Below are positions 51,239 to 64,000 of a stretch of DNA of 64,000 nt, in pieces (position 1 is the first letter of the stretch; each line of letters starts with the position of its first letter). This stretch comes from Octopus bimaculoides. Taxonomy: Eukaryota. Both the position numbers and the translations under genes were made by a program. The stretch is taken from positions 47,652,596 through 47,716,595 of the forward strand of contig NC_068992.1 in NCBI RefSeq assembly GCF_001194135.2. The letters are read 5' to 3'. The notes beneath the pieces were generated by a model. That model searched no databases, was not told where the DNA came from, and saw only the letters and a list, made by a program, of their open reading frames with translations.

Positions 51239-52078
51239 NNNNNNNNNNNNNNNNNNNNNNNNNNNNNNNNNNNNNNNNNNNNNNNNNNNNNNNNNNNNNN
51301 NNNNNNNNNNNNNNNNNNNNNNNNNNNNNNNNNNNNNNNNNNNNNNNNNNNNNNNNNNNNNNNNNNNNNNNNNNNNNNNNNNNNNNNNNNNNNNNNNNNN
51401 NNNNNNNNNNNNNNNNNNNNNNNNNNNNNNNNNNNNNNNNNNNNNNNNNNNNNNNNNNNNNNNNNNNNNNNNNNNNNNNNNNNNNNNNNNNNNNNNNNNN
51501 NNNNNNNNNNNNNNNNNNNNNNNNNNNNNNNNNNNNNNNNNNNNNNNNNNNNNNNNNNNNNNNNNNNNNNNNNNNNNNNNNNNNNNNNNNNNNNNNNNNN
51601 NNNNNNNNNNNNNNNNNNNNNNNNNNNNNNNNNNNNNNNNNNNNNNNNNNNNNNNNNNNNNNNNNNNNNNNNNNNNNNNNNNNNNNNNNNNNNNNNNNNN
51701 NNNNNNNNNNNNNNNNNNNNNNNNNNNNNNNNNNNNNNNNNNNNNNNNNNNNNNNNNNNNNNNNNNNNNNNNNNNNNNNNNNNNNNNNNNNNNNNNNNNN
51801 NNNNNNNNNNNNNNNNNNNNNNNNNNNNNNNNNNNNNNNNNNNNNNNNNNNNNNNNNNNNNNNNNNNNNNNNNNNNNNNNNNNNNNNNNNNNNNNNNNNN
51901 NNNNNNNNNNNNNNNNNNNNNNNNNNNNNNNNNNNNNNNNNNNNNNNNNNNNNNNNNNNNNNNNTAAAGAATTAGGTATTGGCATCTATTCAATAGATAT
52001 GTAGTTTATATTTGGCATGTTGGTAGAGGGTGGAGTTATCATGGGGGAGTATATGATATACATAAAGACAAAGCGACC

Positions 52079-52111
<33 letters not shown>

Positions 52112-52130
52112 TATATGAATGAACGTAAAA

Positions 52131-52170
<40 letters not shown>

Positions 52171-52949
52171 GCTTTTACAATACATACATTCATATAAATA
52201 TATGCACACACTCACACACACGCACGCACACACACACACACACACACACACCTTAGTCACGTGCTTGTGTGTTTGTGAGTGTATAAAGATATATCTGTAA
52301 ATATAATTGTTGCTGCTGCTACTGTTGTTGTTGTTTCTCCCCTTCGCACACATTGACTCCTAATTTAACCATTGCTATAATCAGTGACATTCCAGCTGTG
52401 ATCATCCCATCTATTTTTTAATGTCTTTTTTTTTAAATCTTAACCCTTGCATATCTTAGCCTACCATATCCTAAATGTGCTTCCTTTATTTAAAATGTTA
52501 ACATCTCATTAAAAAAAAATTTACTAGTTTTTAGCAGGTCAAGTAACTAGGGACAAGCACTGACATTGATTCTTGGGGAATATATGTTTGGAGGACCCAC
52601 TGATAACTGATTTCTATGCTCATTGTACTGGTTACCGTTCCACTGCTACCATCAGTACTGTCATCACATGGCTATATCAACAGAGTCTGTTCTACTGCAA
52701 TTATTTCAGACTCAATCTCAAGTCTGAGAATAACAGCATATCCTAAAAAACAAACAACACCATTCATATAGTTTCGTTAACCTACACTTTGTCTGATCCA
52801 TGCAAGCATGGAAAATTGGTCGCTAAAACGATTGACAATGATGATGATGAAGAGGAGGAAGAAGAGATGGGGCAAGGGTAGGTTAAAGAACTGATGAAAT
52901 AATCAAATTCAATTTATTTATATACATGCTTATTTTTTTGTGTATATTT

Positions 52950-53003
<54 letters not shown>

Positions 53004-53865
53004 ATGTGTGTGTGTGTGTGTATGAATGTTTGCAGCATGTATTATGTATGCATCCATGTATTTATGTCTGCATGTGTGTATGTATATAAGCGTTTGGCAG
53101 TAAATATTTATATAAATATGTGTAAGTAGTTCATTATAAGTGTGTATGAAAATGTGATTGAAGAAAAAAATTAACATAAGACGAACGAAAGTAACAGAAG
53201 CAAAATATTTGAAAAACAGCATAAAACAATTCTACCATTTCCTGTGTGAGACTAATCATTGAAACCTTTTCAAATCCACTTTCACAAAACCCTTTACACT
53301 GTTGGTTTATGAGCACAAGAAGAAAATTTATAGCATCACTTTGACACCATATTCTTTAGATAATCTGGTATACATGTTGCTTCTTTCAATATTAAATTTA
53401 GCGTATCAACAAAATGGCTGAAGGAAAATGCATCAGCAGTGTGTTCTGCATACTAAATACAGAAATGGAAAAGTCTGACGTATGGAATAGATTGAGGAAA
53501 AATTTCAATGAACCAAGATTATTGAAGAGATTAGTAAACAAAACTACCAGTAGGTGCATTCAATGTCTAAAAATAACAAGTAATGGAGATAACTCTGGTG
53601 AATTTTTCCCAATTTAGATTGCAGTATATCTAGTCGTTAAAGTTAGACATGTTTCTGTGCTATTTGACCACTTCAGCTAAACATATTCTATTTAGTTGAC
53701 AACACTGTCCCTGATCAATACACACACACACGTATGTATATGTATATGCACATATATATATATATATATATATATGGGAGAATATACAAATAATAACAAC
53801 AGACGAGGACAGGTGGTGTAAATAACAAAAGTATATTTTAGTATGACGCTCGGGAATACGGAAAG

Positions 53866-53902
53866 TCTTTGACGTTTTGAGCTACGCTCTTCAACAGAAA
53901 GA
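53866..53902 (-). ncRNA. Minimal type I hammerhead-ribozyme-like motif (core-mutated)
   Basis: UCUUU-CUGUUGA-A-GAGC-GUA-GCUC-AAAAC-GUC-AAAGA: 5-bp stem I, 4-bp stem II, palindromic ACGU stem III. Deviates at A6 and G12. Confidence 0.6.
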
Positions 53903-54083
53903 ATACGGAGACAAGGAGAAAAACACGGAGAAAAAAAAATTGAATAGTGTTCAGTCAACGGTCAATCATATATATATATATAAGTTAAAAAAAACACAAA
54001 AAACAATAACAAAAAAACAACAAAGTGAGGACGTGATACGGATAGTGTTATTGGACGCTCGGGAAAGGAAAGAGAGAGTGCAT

Positions 54084-54115
54084 GTCGTTTCGGGCGTAGC
54101 CCTTCGTCGGAAAGA
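54084..54115 (-). ncRNA. Hammerhead-ribozyme-like motif (core-mutated)
   Basis: UCUUU-CCGACGA-A-GGGC-UAC-GCCC-GAAAC-GAC: perfect stem II and GAAAC. Deviates at U4 and U16.1; stem I partner not evident. Confidence 0.55.
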
Positions 54116-54172
54116 TGGAAAGTTTGGAGAATGGAAAAACGGAGAAAGAGGAAAATGGTACCGATGCCCACG

Positions 54173-54213
<41 letters not shown>

Positions 54214-56544
54214 GTGTAGGTGTCAGTTAGAGGAGTTTAATACCTCTAAGGGATAATTAGATCCAAAGTTGCTCCTGGTTATTAGCTGGGTAGGTAAATA
54301 CGTATATATATAAAAATATATATGTATATAAATATAAATGATAGAAATGCATTTATTTTGTACCAAGGGAAGGTATTTCCCTGTGAACAGATCAACTGAT
54401 ATCTCTGCACTTTTGAAGATGAGTGGAATAAAACTTCCTTACTTCAAAAAAACTGATAAAAATCTGACTGGAAAAGCATGCATCTTGAAAAGAATGCCAC
54501 AATAATATGTACTCATTTAATCCATACTGACATGAAAAAGCAGATGTAAATATGAATGAAGCAGCCAACTAATGTTGTTGTTTAGCTCTAGGTCAGCCCA
54601 AACCAAGCATGTTTATCCACAAAGGCATTCCAAACTTAACTGATGCACCTTTATAAGGGTCTGTTAAACTTAACATTACCTAATTTTCTTTTCTTTACTA
54701 GGTGATTAAGGAATTTTAGCTGTTGTTTCTAGTAGGTTTGTTGAGCACATATTGTCCCACTTTGATTCAAGCTGATATATAACAGTGAAATACTAGGGAA
54801 GATTTAATCAACTTTACTTCTTCCCCTAAAATTTGTAGCCATGTGATATGGTAATAAATTCCTAATTACCGTTTTTTATTTATTAAAATATTTCCCTTGG
54901 TATCAATTTATGAAAATATGGCTGGTTTTTATAAATATGGAATTTCAAATTGAAAGAAACTTGAAATTTTTTTTTTTTTTTCAATTAAAATGAAATCTGA
55001 ATTGTGTTGTCTGTTTAAAACTGATAAACTCAGGGATTTCTAAATTATTCGAGGGTTTTGAGTTTAGTTTTCTATTTATAGATGAAAACAGAAGAGTTAG
55101 CATCAAAGGGAGTGAATCCTGTTGAATAGTTAATATAGAGCTTTGAAATCAATGCCTGACAAGTATTTTCTTGAATTCCTTATGTGTTTTCAGACTCTCC
55201 TATTACAACCTTCTATCTTAAAAAGTGAGGGACACAGAAGATAATGCAGTCCTAGATATGCATTGCCACCCAAGAGAAGGATAGGTGTATGTGTGCGTGT
55301 GTGAGGGGGGACATGACTAGAATACCTTTGATCATCGGTCTGTTCAGTCAGTGCTGATATGGGGCTGTGCAATATCAGCAGTGACAATGGCAACAACAGC
55401 AACAAATTAAAGACAAAAACAACATGAATAAGAAGAACAGCAACAACAAGAACAACAACAATGACTCTAGCAGCAGTGATAACAACAACATGCCTTTCAT
55501 TGATTCAGAGTTTTGCATGAACTGGGACAATTCAATTGATCTGTGACCATGTATCAATGGAACAAATCAATCAATACTACATGAATATAACGATGTTATA
55601 ATGATGACTATAATGAATATAATGATGATTCCATGAATGGAAATTAAAATTAGAAATAAATACCGAATGCTGGAGGATTAATGTCTTTGTAGAATTTTAT
55701 TTAATCCATCCCTGACCAGAGGCCCAAATCTGCTGCTGTTGTTGCTGCTGCTGCTACAACCACTGTTGACTCCTGTTACTATTCCAAAGTGGCTGATATA
55801 ATAAGTACCAATCATATAGTATGATCGGTTCCAACAACTATGGAATTGGTCATCCTGTAACTTAATGCTATCAGTGACATTATGAAAGAAAAGACCTTGT
55901 GGTATTACAGGTCATATTTTCTTTGCATGCTAGGTGTGGGTAGCCATGCAAAGCCCTCTGTAGGAACCTGCACTTCCCCCCTCTCTTCTCGTAGCAATTC
56001 TCTCATCCCCCATCCCCTAGCATGAAGCTGACCTTCCCCACCTTTCTCAGAGCTCAATGGTGCAGGTAGCATGAAAAAACAAACTCAATCCATGTTGTAA
56101 AGTGGTTGGTGTTAGGAAGGACATCCTGTTGTAAAAAAGAAAAACATGTCAAAGCTGATATTGGCACTCAATGTAGTCCTTGGACACATCAGTTCCAGTC
56201 AAACCATCCAATCCATTCCAACAATGAACATGGATGCTAAATTATGATGATGAGTGCAATACTGTAAGCCACGCCCTTTCATGGAAATGGTTTTGAGGAA
56301 TTAGGGTGGTGTATGGTAAGGTACATAAGAATGAGGCCAGGAAGAAGGAGAAGGATCCATGCATCATAAGATCCCCATCTGCACTCTGGGCCCCTTGCAT
56401 ACTCTCCCTACATTTCTACCACTGATCTCACCATGGTACTATAAGTTCATACCAGAACAATGGACATCCACCCTACTACATTATACATTTATGTCGTAAC
56501 ACTACAGCTACATACTCTACATCTGTACCACAATACTATAAACT

Positions 56545-56860
56545 GGCACTTTGTTGGCTACAATGATGAGGGCTCCAGTTGATCTGATCAACAGAAGAGC
56601 CTGCTTGTGAAATCAACGTGCAAGGGGCTGAGCACTCTACAGACGCACGTAATCCTTAAAGTAGTTCTCAGGAAGATTCAGCATGGCACAGAATGTGACG
56701 TGGTCGGCCCTTTGAATTACAGGTACAACTCATTTTTGCCGGTTGAGTAGATTCGAGCAATGTGAAATAAAGTGTCTTGCTCAAGGACACAATATGCCAC
56801 CAGGAACCAATCTCACCACCTTATGATTGTAAACCAAATACACTGACCCCTAAGCTATAT
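56545..56860 (-). mobile_element. SINE family D
   Basis: Collinear with 35468-35797. Confidence 0.82.
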
Positions 56861-57149
56861 ATCTTCACCACAATTCTATATAGGTCCGTACCTTAATACT
56901 ATATTCAATATTCAAATATTAGCATTTCGTTATTTATTTTCTCAAACTTTTATTTAGTAAACACATATTGTAAGAAATATTTTTAATTTCTTTTTCATTA
57001 AAAATCTCTTTGAAACAAACAACAAATAATGTCACCATGATAATTCCAGTTAGTAGGAATTATTTACTAAAAGACTTGTCCTTGGATGACAAAGAGAAAT
57101 TCTGAGGTTTATATCTCTTCCACTCGGTAACTCTCCCACCAAATCATTC

Positions 57150-57665
57150 TTACATCCAGTTGCTCTCCACTCAGTTTCTCACTAATCTAATCTTTCACTC
57201 ATCCACTCACCAAGTCTTTCTCTTAGTCAAATCCCACTCTCTCACTTATCCAGTTTCTCTCACCTTATCTCACTCACTCAGTCACTTGCCCCAATCAGTT
57301 TCCCTCCCACCTAGTCACTCTCTCATACAGCCATTCATCTACCCTGTACTTCACCCATTGACTTACCCACATCCAATCTCTCAGCCACCCTGTCTCCCTA
57401 ACACATTCTATCTCCCACCTAATTTCTCTTCTACTCCATCGTTCACCAGCCCAATCTCTCTCCCACCCTGCCTCTCTCCCACCCAATCATTCCCCACTCA
57501 GCCACCCACCCAATCTCCTATTCACCCTTCCATTCCTCCCCCCACCTCATAATTCACCACTCAGTCATTCAACCACTCAATCACTTACCCACCCAATCTC
57601 GCATCCACCCAATCTTTCAGCCACCCAGGCTCCAACACTAAATTCACACAGCTGCCAACCTCTCA
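57150..57665. repeat. Pyrimidine-rich degenerate tetranucleotide tract (CACT/CACC)
   Basis: G nearly absent on the plus strand; repeated CACT, CACC and CCAATC units. Confidence 0.85.
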
Positions 57666-58413
57666 CTAATGACGCTATTACTGCTGCTAACACAACTTAT
57701 CGAACACATTAACTGAACTGTTTGTGAAACAAAACTATAATCGGTAAACTAGAGACTGACTGCAATTGTCCATTGCACAGGTGCATGAGTGCATCTGGTG
57801 TGTTTAGTGCATGTGCAGGGCTGATTAGAAATTCATTTTCGAAAATAAAATTAAAAATTACAAGACACTCAAAGCAGAAGCAGCAGGAACGACAACAATA
57901 ATAACTAAAGAAATTTAAGAACAACAATAACTGATTCTACAGACCATAATCTACAGAACCATCATTGCTTTAGATTATACCACATTTTAGAACATTCCGG
58001 CATATATGTATGCATGATGTGTTTATATATAGTTTCCTCTCTCAATATATACATAGATATATTATATCACATGATATATATTAAAGATATGTTAACATAT
58101 ATATTCATGTATGTATATAAATTACATGTATATACAAAGATATACTTATATTCTTGGATGCATGCATATTACATGTATATATATTGTATACATGTATGTA
58201 TAGGAATAAAAAGCATATGTACATACATATATGCATATATAAGTTAATTTTAGGGTTGTTATTTTCAAGGAATTTAAGAAATAACAACAGAATATTTACA
58301 GATAGGGGGACACAAAATTAGCAGTAGGGACAAAATTTATTGCAGAATTAGACAAGGGCATATAAAACTTATTTTATATGTATATGAACTTATTTCATAT
58401 CTATCTATCTATC

Positions 58414-58486
<73 letters not shown>

Positions 58487-58704
58487 TTATTTATTTATGA
58501 AAAACAAGAACAAAAATGCTACTTTCTTAAAATTGGGTATATTTTAATTTTCCTTTTATATGAATGCATTTACATGTTTCAGTTTTTGAAAAACCTTTTT
58601 ACGTTCTTGTTTTTCATAAATACTTACTTACTCGTATGTTACCTCTACACATTTTTTCAAGTATATATACATATATATATATTTGTATATATACGTATAT
58701 AAAG

Positions 58705-59045
58705 TCGCAGATGTGGGCGTGCGATATGAAGCTTGCTTTCCAGCCATTTGGTTCTGGTTCAGTCTCACAGCATGGCACCTTGGGCAATACCATTTAGTCT
58801 AGCTTTGGCCCAACCAAAGCCTTTTAAGTGGATTCAGTAGACAGAAACTGAAAGAAGCCTATTTTGTGTGTGTGTGTGTGTGTGTGTATTTGTTTTTCTC
58901 TGTTGGTTTGTCCACAACCCTATAACCTAGTGGTTTGGCAAAAGAGACCAATACAAAATGTCTGAGGGCAATTTGTTTGACAAAAGCCCCTGAAGGCAGT
59001 ACACTAACATGGCTGCAATCCAAGAATGAAACAAGTGAAAGATAA
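58705..59045 (+). mobile_element. SINE family A, full length
   Basis: Head GGTTCAGTCTCAC...GAAACTGAAAGAAGCC, (TG)n middle, tail GGCAAAAGAGACC...GAAACAAGTGAAAG. Confidence 0.82.
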
Positions 59046-59445
59046 AATATAATATAGTACAATATAACATATACACACATATATATGTGTGTGTGTATAT
59101 ATATGTATGTATGTGTTTGTGATCTTGCAATCCAATAATGTACAGAGGGCTCATTACTGATTCTTGTTCATTAAGTCCAAAACTGGGCTGCAATGGCATA
59201 TCACAGTGCACAAGAATGCCATTCTATGGACAGACCTAATCAATCTTTCAGACAAGCTGTGTGTATGTGTGTTTTGTTTTTCTTTTCTCTTTTTTTTTTC
59301 TAAAGTTAATGTTTGCTCTAGGGCTTGTAAATCATCAGTTGGTCCCTCTGAACATATGGGCTTGGTGAAAGTGAACATAAATGAACAGGACAATGAATAA
59401 TGAGAGAGCTTTCAGCTGACAAGATAAACCAATCATTATACATAA

Positions 59446-59492
<47 letters not shown>

Positions 59493-59893
59493 AATATGTG
59501 TGTGTATACTCAAAGGTGTTAGTTCAAAGAACTAATTAAGTGTCAGATATAATAAAGTGCTCTAAGCAATTTATACTGAGTTTATATATTTTCATTAAGA
59601 TGAGTGCAACAAATTTGCAAATATTGTTTCCCTTTCAGTTGACTTTAACAAGCACTGGAGATCATTCTACAAGTTATCCATATATCGTGCGTGCGTGTGT
59701 GTGTGCATGTGTGAGTGTGTACGTGTGTGCATGAAAATAGAGACAGGTATGACTGTGTCGTTAAGAAGCTTGCTTCTCAAACATGTGGTCTTAGGTTCAG
59801 TCTCACTACGTTTTCTATAAGTGCAGAAAATAAAAGCAGGTTGGGAAGCATATACATCAATAAAAGATGTGCTCAAAATACATGCATGTATGC

Positions 59894-59943
<50 letters not shown>

Positions 59944-60139
59944 GTGCACACACAAACAATATTATGTGGTAAAGCTTCAACAAGTAGAATAGAACTTGAT
60001 CAGCTAAAAAACAAAAAAAAAATAGGCAACTGACAGATGGTCTTGTTCTCAGCTTGGCTAGGTAAATTAATGTTTAGACCAGGAAACCTTGGGTAGCTGT
60101 ATTTAACAAGACTTGTGGCCTTATTATAACATGATATAT

Positions 60140-60355
60140 ATATATATTTTGGCACAAGGCCAGCAATTTTGGGGGAAGGGGTAGGGGTAAGTCAATTACA
60201 TCAACCCCAGTATGTAACTGTTACTTATTATATCAACTTTGAGTGGATGAAAGCAAAGTCAAACCTTGGTGAAATTTGAACTCAAAACATGAGGACGAAT
60301 GAAATGCCACTATGCATTTGCCTGGCATGCTGATGATTCTGCCAGCTTACCACCT
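60140..60355 (-). mobile_element. SINE family E, near full length
   Basis: TTTTGGCACAAGGCCAGCAATTTTGG...GGATGAAAGCAAAGTC...GATTCTGCCAGCTTACCACC. Confidence 0.85.
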
Positions 60356-60929
60356 TTAAAGGGAGGTAATTAGGTTGTGTTTATGTTCATAAGCTAAAGG
60401 GCTAAATGATGAAATCTAGAAATTTAGGAAAGAAGTATTAGGAATGGAGAAAAAATGGGTAATGAATAAATTAGACAATTAATTAATTAATCGGTTAATT
60501 ATTGGATTGAATAATAACATTTATGTTATAGTGCTTAAGCAAATTATAGGATGGTTTGGTGTGGTCTTACTAGGAAAGTTATTTAATGTGTAAATTAAAA
60601 TGAATTAAATTAATTTAAAGATAAGAAAAACATGAGAGAAGGGAACATTTGGAAAAAAAACTTGCATGAAAGAATTTATTCCTCAAACACTGAAGGAGGA
60701 AAATATCCTTAAACATTACCTTAAATGTAAAATATTTTTTTTAGCATTATTTAGTTAAGTGGAAGTGGGAGTGGGGGACCAATTCTGAGCTTCTAAATCC
60801 TTTAAAACATTTAGAAAATTGTGAATGAGTGATAATTATAGTGTGCAACATAATTAGAAATAGTGGAGGTGTTGTGAAGAAGCTTTATAGATTAAAAAAG
60901 AAAAAATGGGAGTTAAATATAAATAAACT

Positions 60930-61085
60930 GGCACAGGCATGACTAAGAAGTGAATCATGTAGATTTGGGTTCAATCCTTCTGCACACCATCTTGGGCAAA
61001 ACCTTTCTGTAATAGCTCCAGAGTGGTGCCCAAATTTTGAAAGTGGATTTGGCAGTTAGAAACTGAAAGAAGACCATCAACATAT
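60930..61085 (+). mobile_element. SINE family A head, diverged
   Basis: GGGTTCAATCCTTCTGC...CTTGGGCAAA...GAAACTGAAAGAAGACC. Confidence 0.7.
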
Positions 61086-62239
61086 ATCATCCAAATAATA
61101 AAACAAAGAAATGATGAGTTACAACTGTTTTTGTACTAACTCTGCTTTTCAGCACCAGTGTACATAAAATTTTGAAGGGAAAATTTACATAATGTTAGCA
61201 ATTTCAGACATTAAATGGCACTCCATGAGACTTGCATCAAAGAGCACTGATACACTGTGCATGTGTGTGTATTTTACTTATAGACAAGGTTCTAGAAGTA
61301 AAATATTTGCTTATTATCAGAAAGCTTAGATAATTCAAGAGAAACATTTTAAATTAAGTTAACCAATATTAGGTGATTAGAATGCTTGTGAGTGTAGTCA
61401 AAAAATTTATGGTAAGAGTTAACATAAGATGTTGGTTAAATTCAAGGCAACTTTTAGAAAATTAACTTTGGTCAGTTATCTTGAATCCAAAGCTCTCACA
61501 AAAAAAAGAAAGTTTTTCTAATTATACCCATAGTTTTATAATTAGAATTATGCAAAAACAAAAGTCCATCATCACATTATAATCCATTTGTGGTATCTGA
61601 GAACTTTATTTAAACGTTGTATAATAAAAGCCTATAAGGTTGCTAAATTTGACACATTCATTATCTCTCAATCTTACATCAAAAACATTAGATACATTGT
61701 TCTTTAAATCCATATACAATTGTTATAGTTCACAACTGTTTGATATACATGTAGTATAATGTTAAGTTTGGGGCCAGTAATTTTGGTAACTGATTTTGTG
61801 AATGAAATGCATCAATGAACAAACATTGTATGATTGACAGAAAATAGTCCTTACTATCACAAAACTAGAAACTTTGTGATGTTCTTATTCAGGTTTGATT
61901 TGAAATATTTATTCCTGCTAGATTATTCTGCTATAAAGGTAAGAGGGAAACAACCAGCACCCAAGGGATAAGTCTATCTAATAAATGTTTACTAATAACT
62001 CCTGTGCCAGTTGAGGTGAGGTTTATTAATTTAATTGCTCCCTACATATTTAATGTATTCAATCCTAATGAGTTGAGGATATTTCCATTGTCCATATATG
62101 GATTGTATCTGCAATGCCTTTAACACCCTCTTTACAAAATATTAGCATCCTTGCATCCCTTCTTCTAACGTTTCTGTTTCCATCCTTTTATACAGATATA
62201 CACACACATAAAAATAAATTCATCCATCTGTATTTTTTG

Positions 62240-62520
62240 CCCACTATTCGTGGGAGGGTTGTGGAGGTAGAGTCATCAGGCACCGCATCCATAGAGCCCT
62301 GTATGAAACAATTTACATTAGACTTCCACATAGATTCTCATGCATGACCAACTGAGACTACGATATTATCCAAACCGTCTTGTTCTTGGTCTACTCCTAG
62401 GTCTCCAACTGGTTGTCATGGCTTGAAGAATGTGATTCTTTCCTACAACATACTAATTACATGTCTGTTGCACTGGAGCCATAATGTCTCATTGCTGAGA
62501 AGTAGCAGCTCAGCAGACAT
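62240..62520 (-). mobile_element. RTE-like LINE 3' end remnant
   Basis: Minus strand AGACCTAGGAGTAGACCAAGAACAAGACGGTTTGGATAATATC resembles the RTE C-terminal R.RGRPRTRW.D.I motif, with a frameshift. Confidence 0.45.
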
Positions 62521-62779
62521 GCATACACACATTCAAAAGAAACCAGCTTCTAGAACATCTCCAGTGCTTGATAACATAGTCTTAGACAGAATCAGAATTT
62601 GCAAAACTGTAGAACTAATTTTAGCATTTATGTGTATGTATGTGTGTGTGTGTAAATAGATTTTCACACTATAACTGCAAAAATGAGCATTGGTTTATAT
62701 TAAAATAAAAAATCAGGAAATATTATGAAAATGTATGAAATGGGAAACAAAATATTTTTCAGAATTAAAAAATATTTCC

Positions 62780-63075
62780 TAATTTGAGTTCCGAGTTCAG
62801 TCTTACTGTGTGGCACTTCTACTATAGCCTCAAGCTAACCAACATTTTGTGAGGGGATTTGGTAGACGGAAACTGAAAGAATTCTGTTGTGTGTGTGTCT
62901 GTGTTTGTCAACCACCACTTGACAACAAGTGTTGTGTCCCCAAAACTTAACTGTTCAGCAAAAAGAAATTGGTAGAATAAGGACCAGGCTTAAAAAAAGA
63001 AGTACAGGGGTCTATTCATCCAACTAAAAATTCTTCAAGTATAGCTGCCGTCAAATGACTGAATAAGTAAAAAAG
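62780..63075 (+). mobile_element. SINE family A, internally deleted
   Basis: GAGTTCAGTCTTACTGTGTGGCAC...GGTAGACGGAAACTGAAAGAA...tail AAATGACTGAATAAGTAAAA. Confidence 0.82.
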
Positions 63076-63794
63076 AAATCAAATCCCTTACTAACGAACT
63101 TTGTTATTAACCACTCAGTATACTCAGAGCCCTTTCAACATTGTCTGAGTAACTTTTTTGATGGCTATCGAAGTAATATTTAAATCTGAGGAGGCGTTCA
63201 GAATTTTAATCAGTTGTTTTTGTTATTTGCTGGGTTTTTTTTTATACTTGTTTTTACCTGTTTGGGATATCTGGAATCTGAACAATGAGAAGGTGGAAGA
63301 TGTTCCTGAAATTCTTCCCAAGTCTGATATTGGTTGATCAACCCTTTTGAACTAAGAAATATGTCCACAATTAAACAAAGCCATGGTTCAACAGTTCTTT
63401 GAGACTCTGATAATGTGGCTGTTTGGTCATTTTTCTTCTTAGTCATAAATCTTGTAATTGCTTGATGCATTGCACTTTCAGACTAAAGATACGATCAAAT
63501 TTGCAATACTTTTTCCTTGACTCTTCTCACATTTGATTGGGGTCCATTCAAATAGATTTTATCATCAAAACCAGTGTTCGACAGTTCTGCAAACTATTCT
63601 CTCAAAAGACTGGTGTGTATTCAACCATACTTATGGCCATGCTCAACTACTCTCATCCATGTAGGCTTTAAATTCACAGGAATAGTCAAAAATCTATCAA
63701 TACGGTTTTAAACTCTGCTCCACCAAACTGGTTATAATTAATTGCCATATGTGAAATTCATGCAGTTCAATTTCATAATCGTACTTCAGTATAT

Positions 63795-64000
63795 CATCAT
63801 CATCATCATCATCATCGTTTAACGTCCGCTTTCCATGCTAGCATGGGTTGGACGATTTGACTGAGGACTGGTGCAACCGGATGGCTACACCAGGCTCCAA
63901 TCTAATTTGGCAGAGTTTCTACAGCTGGATGCCCTTCCTAACGCCAACCACTCAGAGAGTGTAGTGGGTGCTTTTACGTGTCACACGCACGAAAACGGCC
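63795..64000 (-). mobile_element. Young RTE-associated 3' repeat with (GAT)n tail, truncated by window end
   Basis: CpG-rich; matches the reverse complement of about 15340-15476 and also 6968-7040. Confidence 0.9.

Larger units (their letters stand above)
53776..54176 (-). mobile_element. Two related ~190 bp units in tandem, each within (TA)n and carrying a hammerhead-like motif (Penelope pLTR / retrozyme-like)
   Basis: Units at about 53983-54176 and 53776-53967 share TCTTT-C(T/C)G..GA-A-stem-(G/A)AAACG and a downstream TTCCCGAGCGTC. (TA)n on both sides and between. Confidence 0.7.

Noticed and set aside
57160-57552. Pro/Ser/His-rich 130-aa ORF
   Set aside because: Arises from a G-poor pyrimidine-rich degenerate repeat that lacks stop codons for compositional reasons.
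60360-60900. Very old L2/CR1-like 3' remnant on the minus strand
   Set aside because: Only faint motif echoes (SFMQVFFPN); too degraded to support a call.

Overview
AT-rich, microsatellite-dense eukaryotic DNA from a short-read assembly, with 11 N-gaps, most abutting (TA)n or other simple repeats. The repeat families look to me like those of an octopod cephalopod (Octopus-like); this is recognition, not a database result. I find no confidently supportable host protein-coding exon, rRNA, true tRNA or CRISPR array. Nearly all ORFs in the supplied track are read-through of microsatellites or N runs. The window looks intronic or intergenic and is built from layered transposable elements. These include several tRNA-derived SINE families, RTE-clade LINE fragments, two R4/Dong-like LINE fragments with a restriction-like endonuclease next to (TAA)n tracts, a CR1/L2-like fragment nested in an RTE, a Penelope-like GIY-YIG relic, an ORF1-like zinc-knuckle relic and MITEs. 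Most interesting: (1) short (TA)n-embedded units carrying minimal hammerhead-ribozyme-like motifs (tandem pair at 53.8-54.2 kb, a related copy at 0.4 kb); (2) a ~600 bp TIR element encoding a SAP domain plus a truncated SWIM-type segment (9.48-10.08 kb); (3) a Dong-like LINE with (TAA)n on both flanks (31.5-33.1 kb). A few splice-signal-bounded exon candidates are listed at low confidence.
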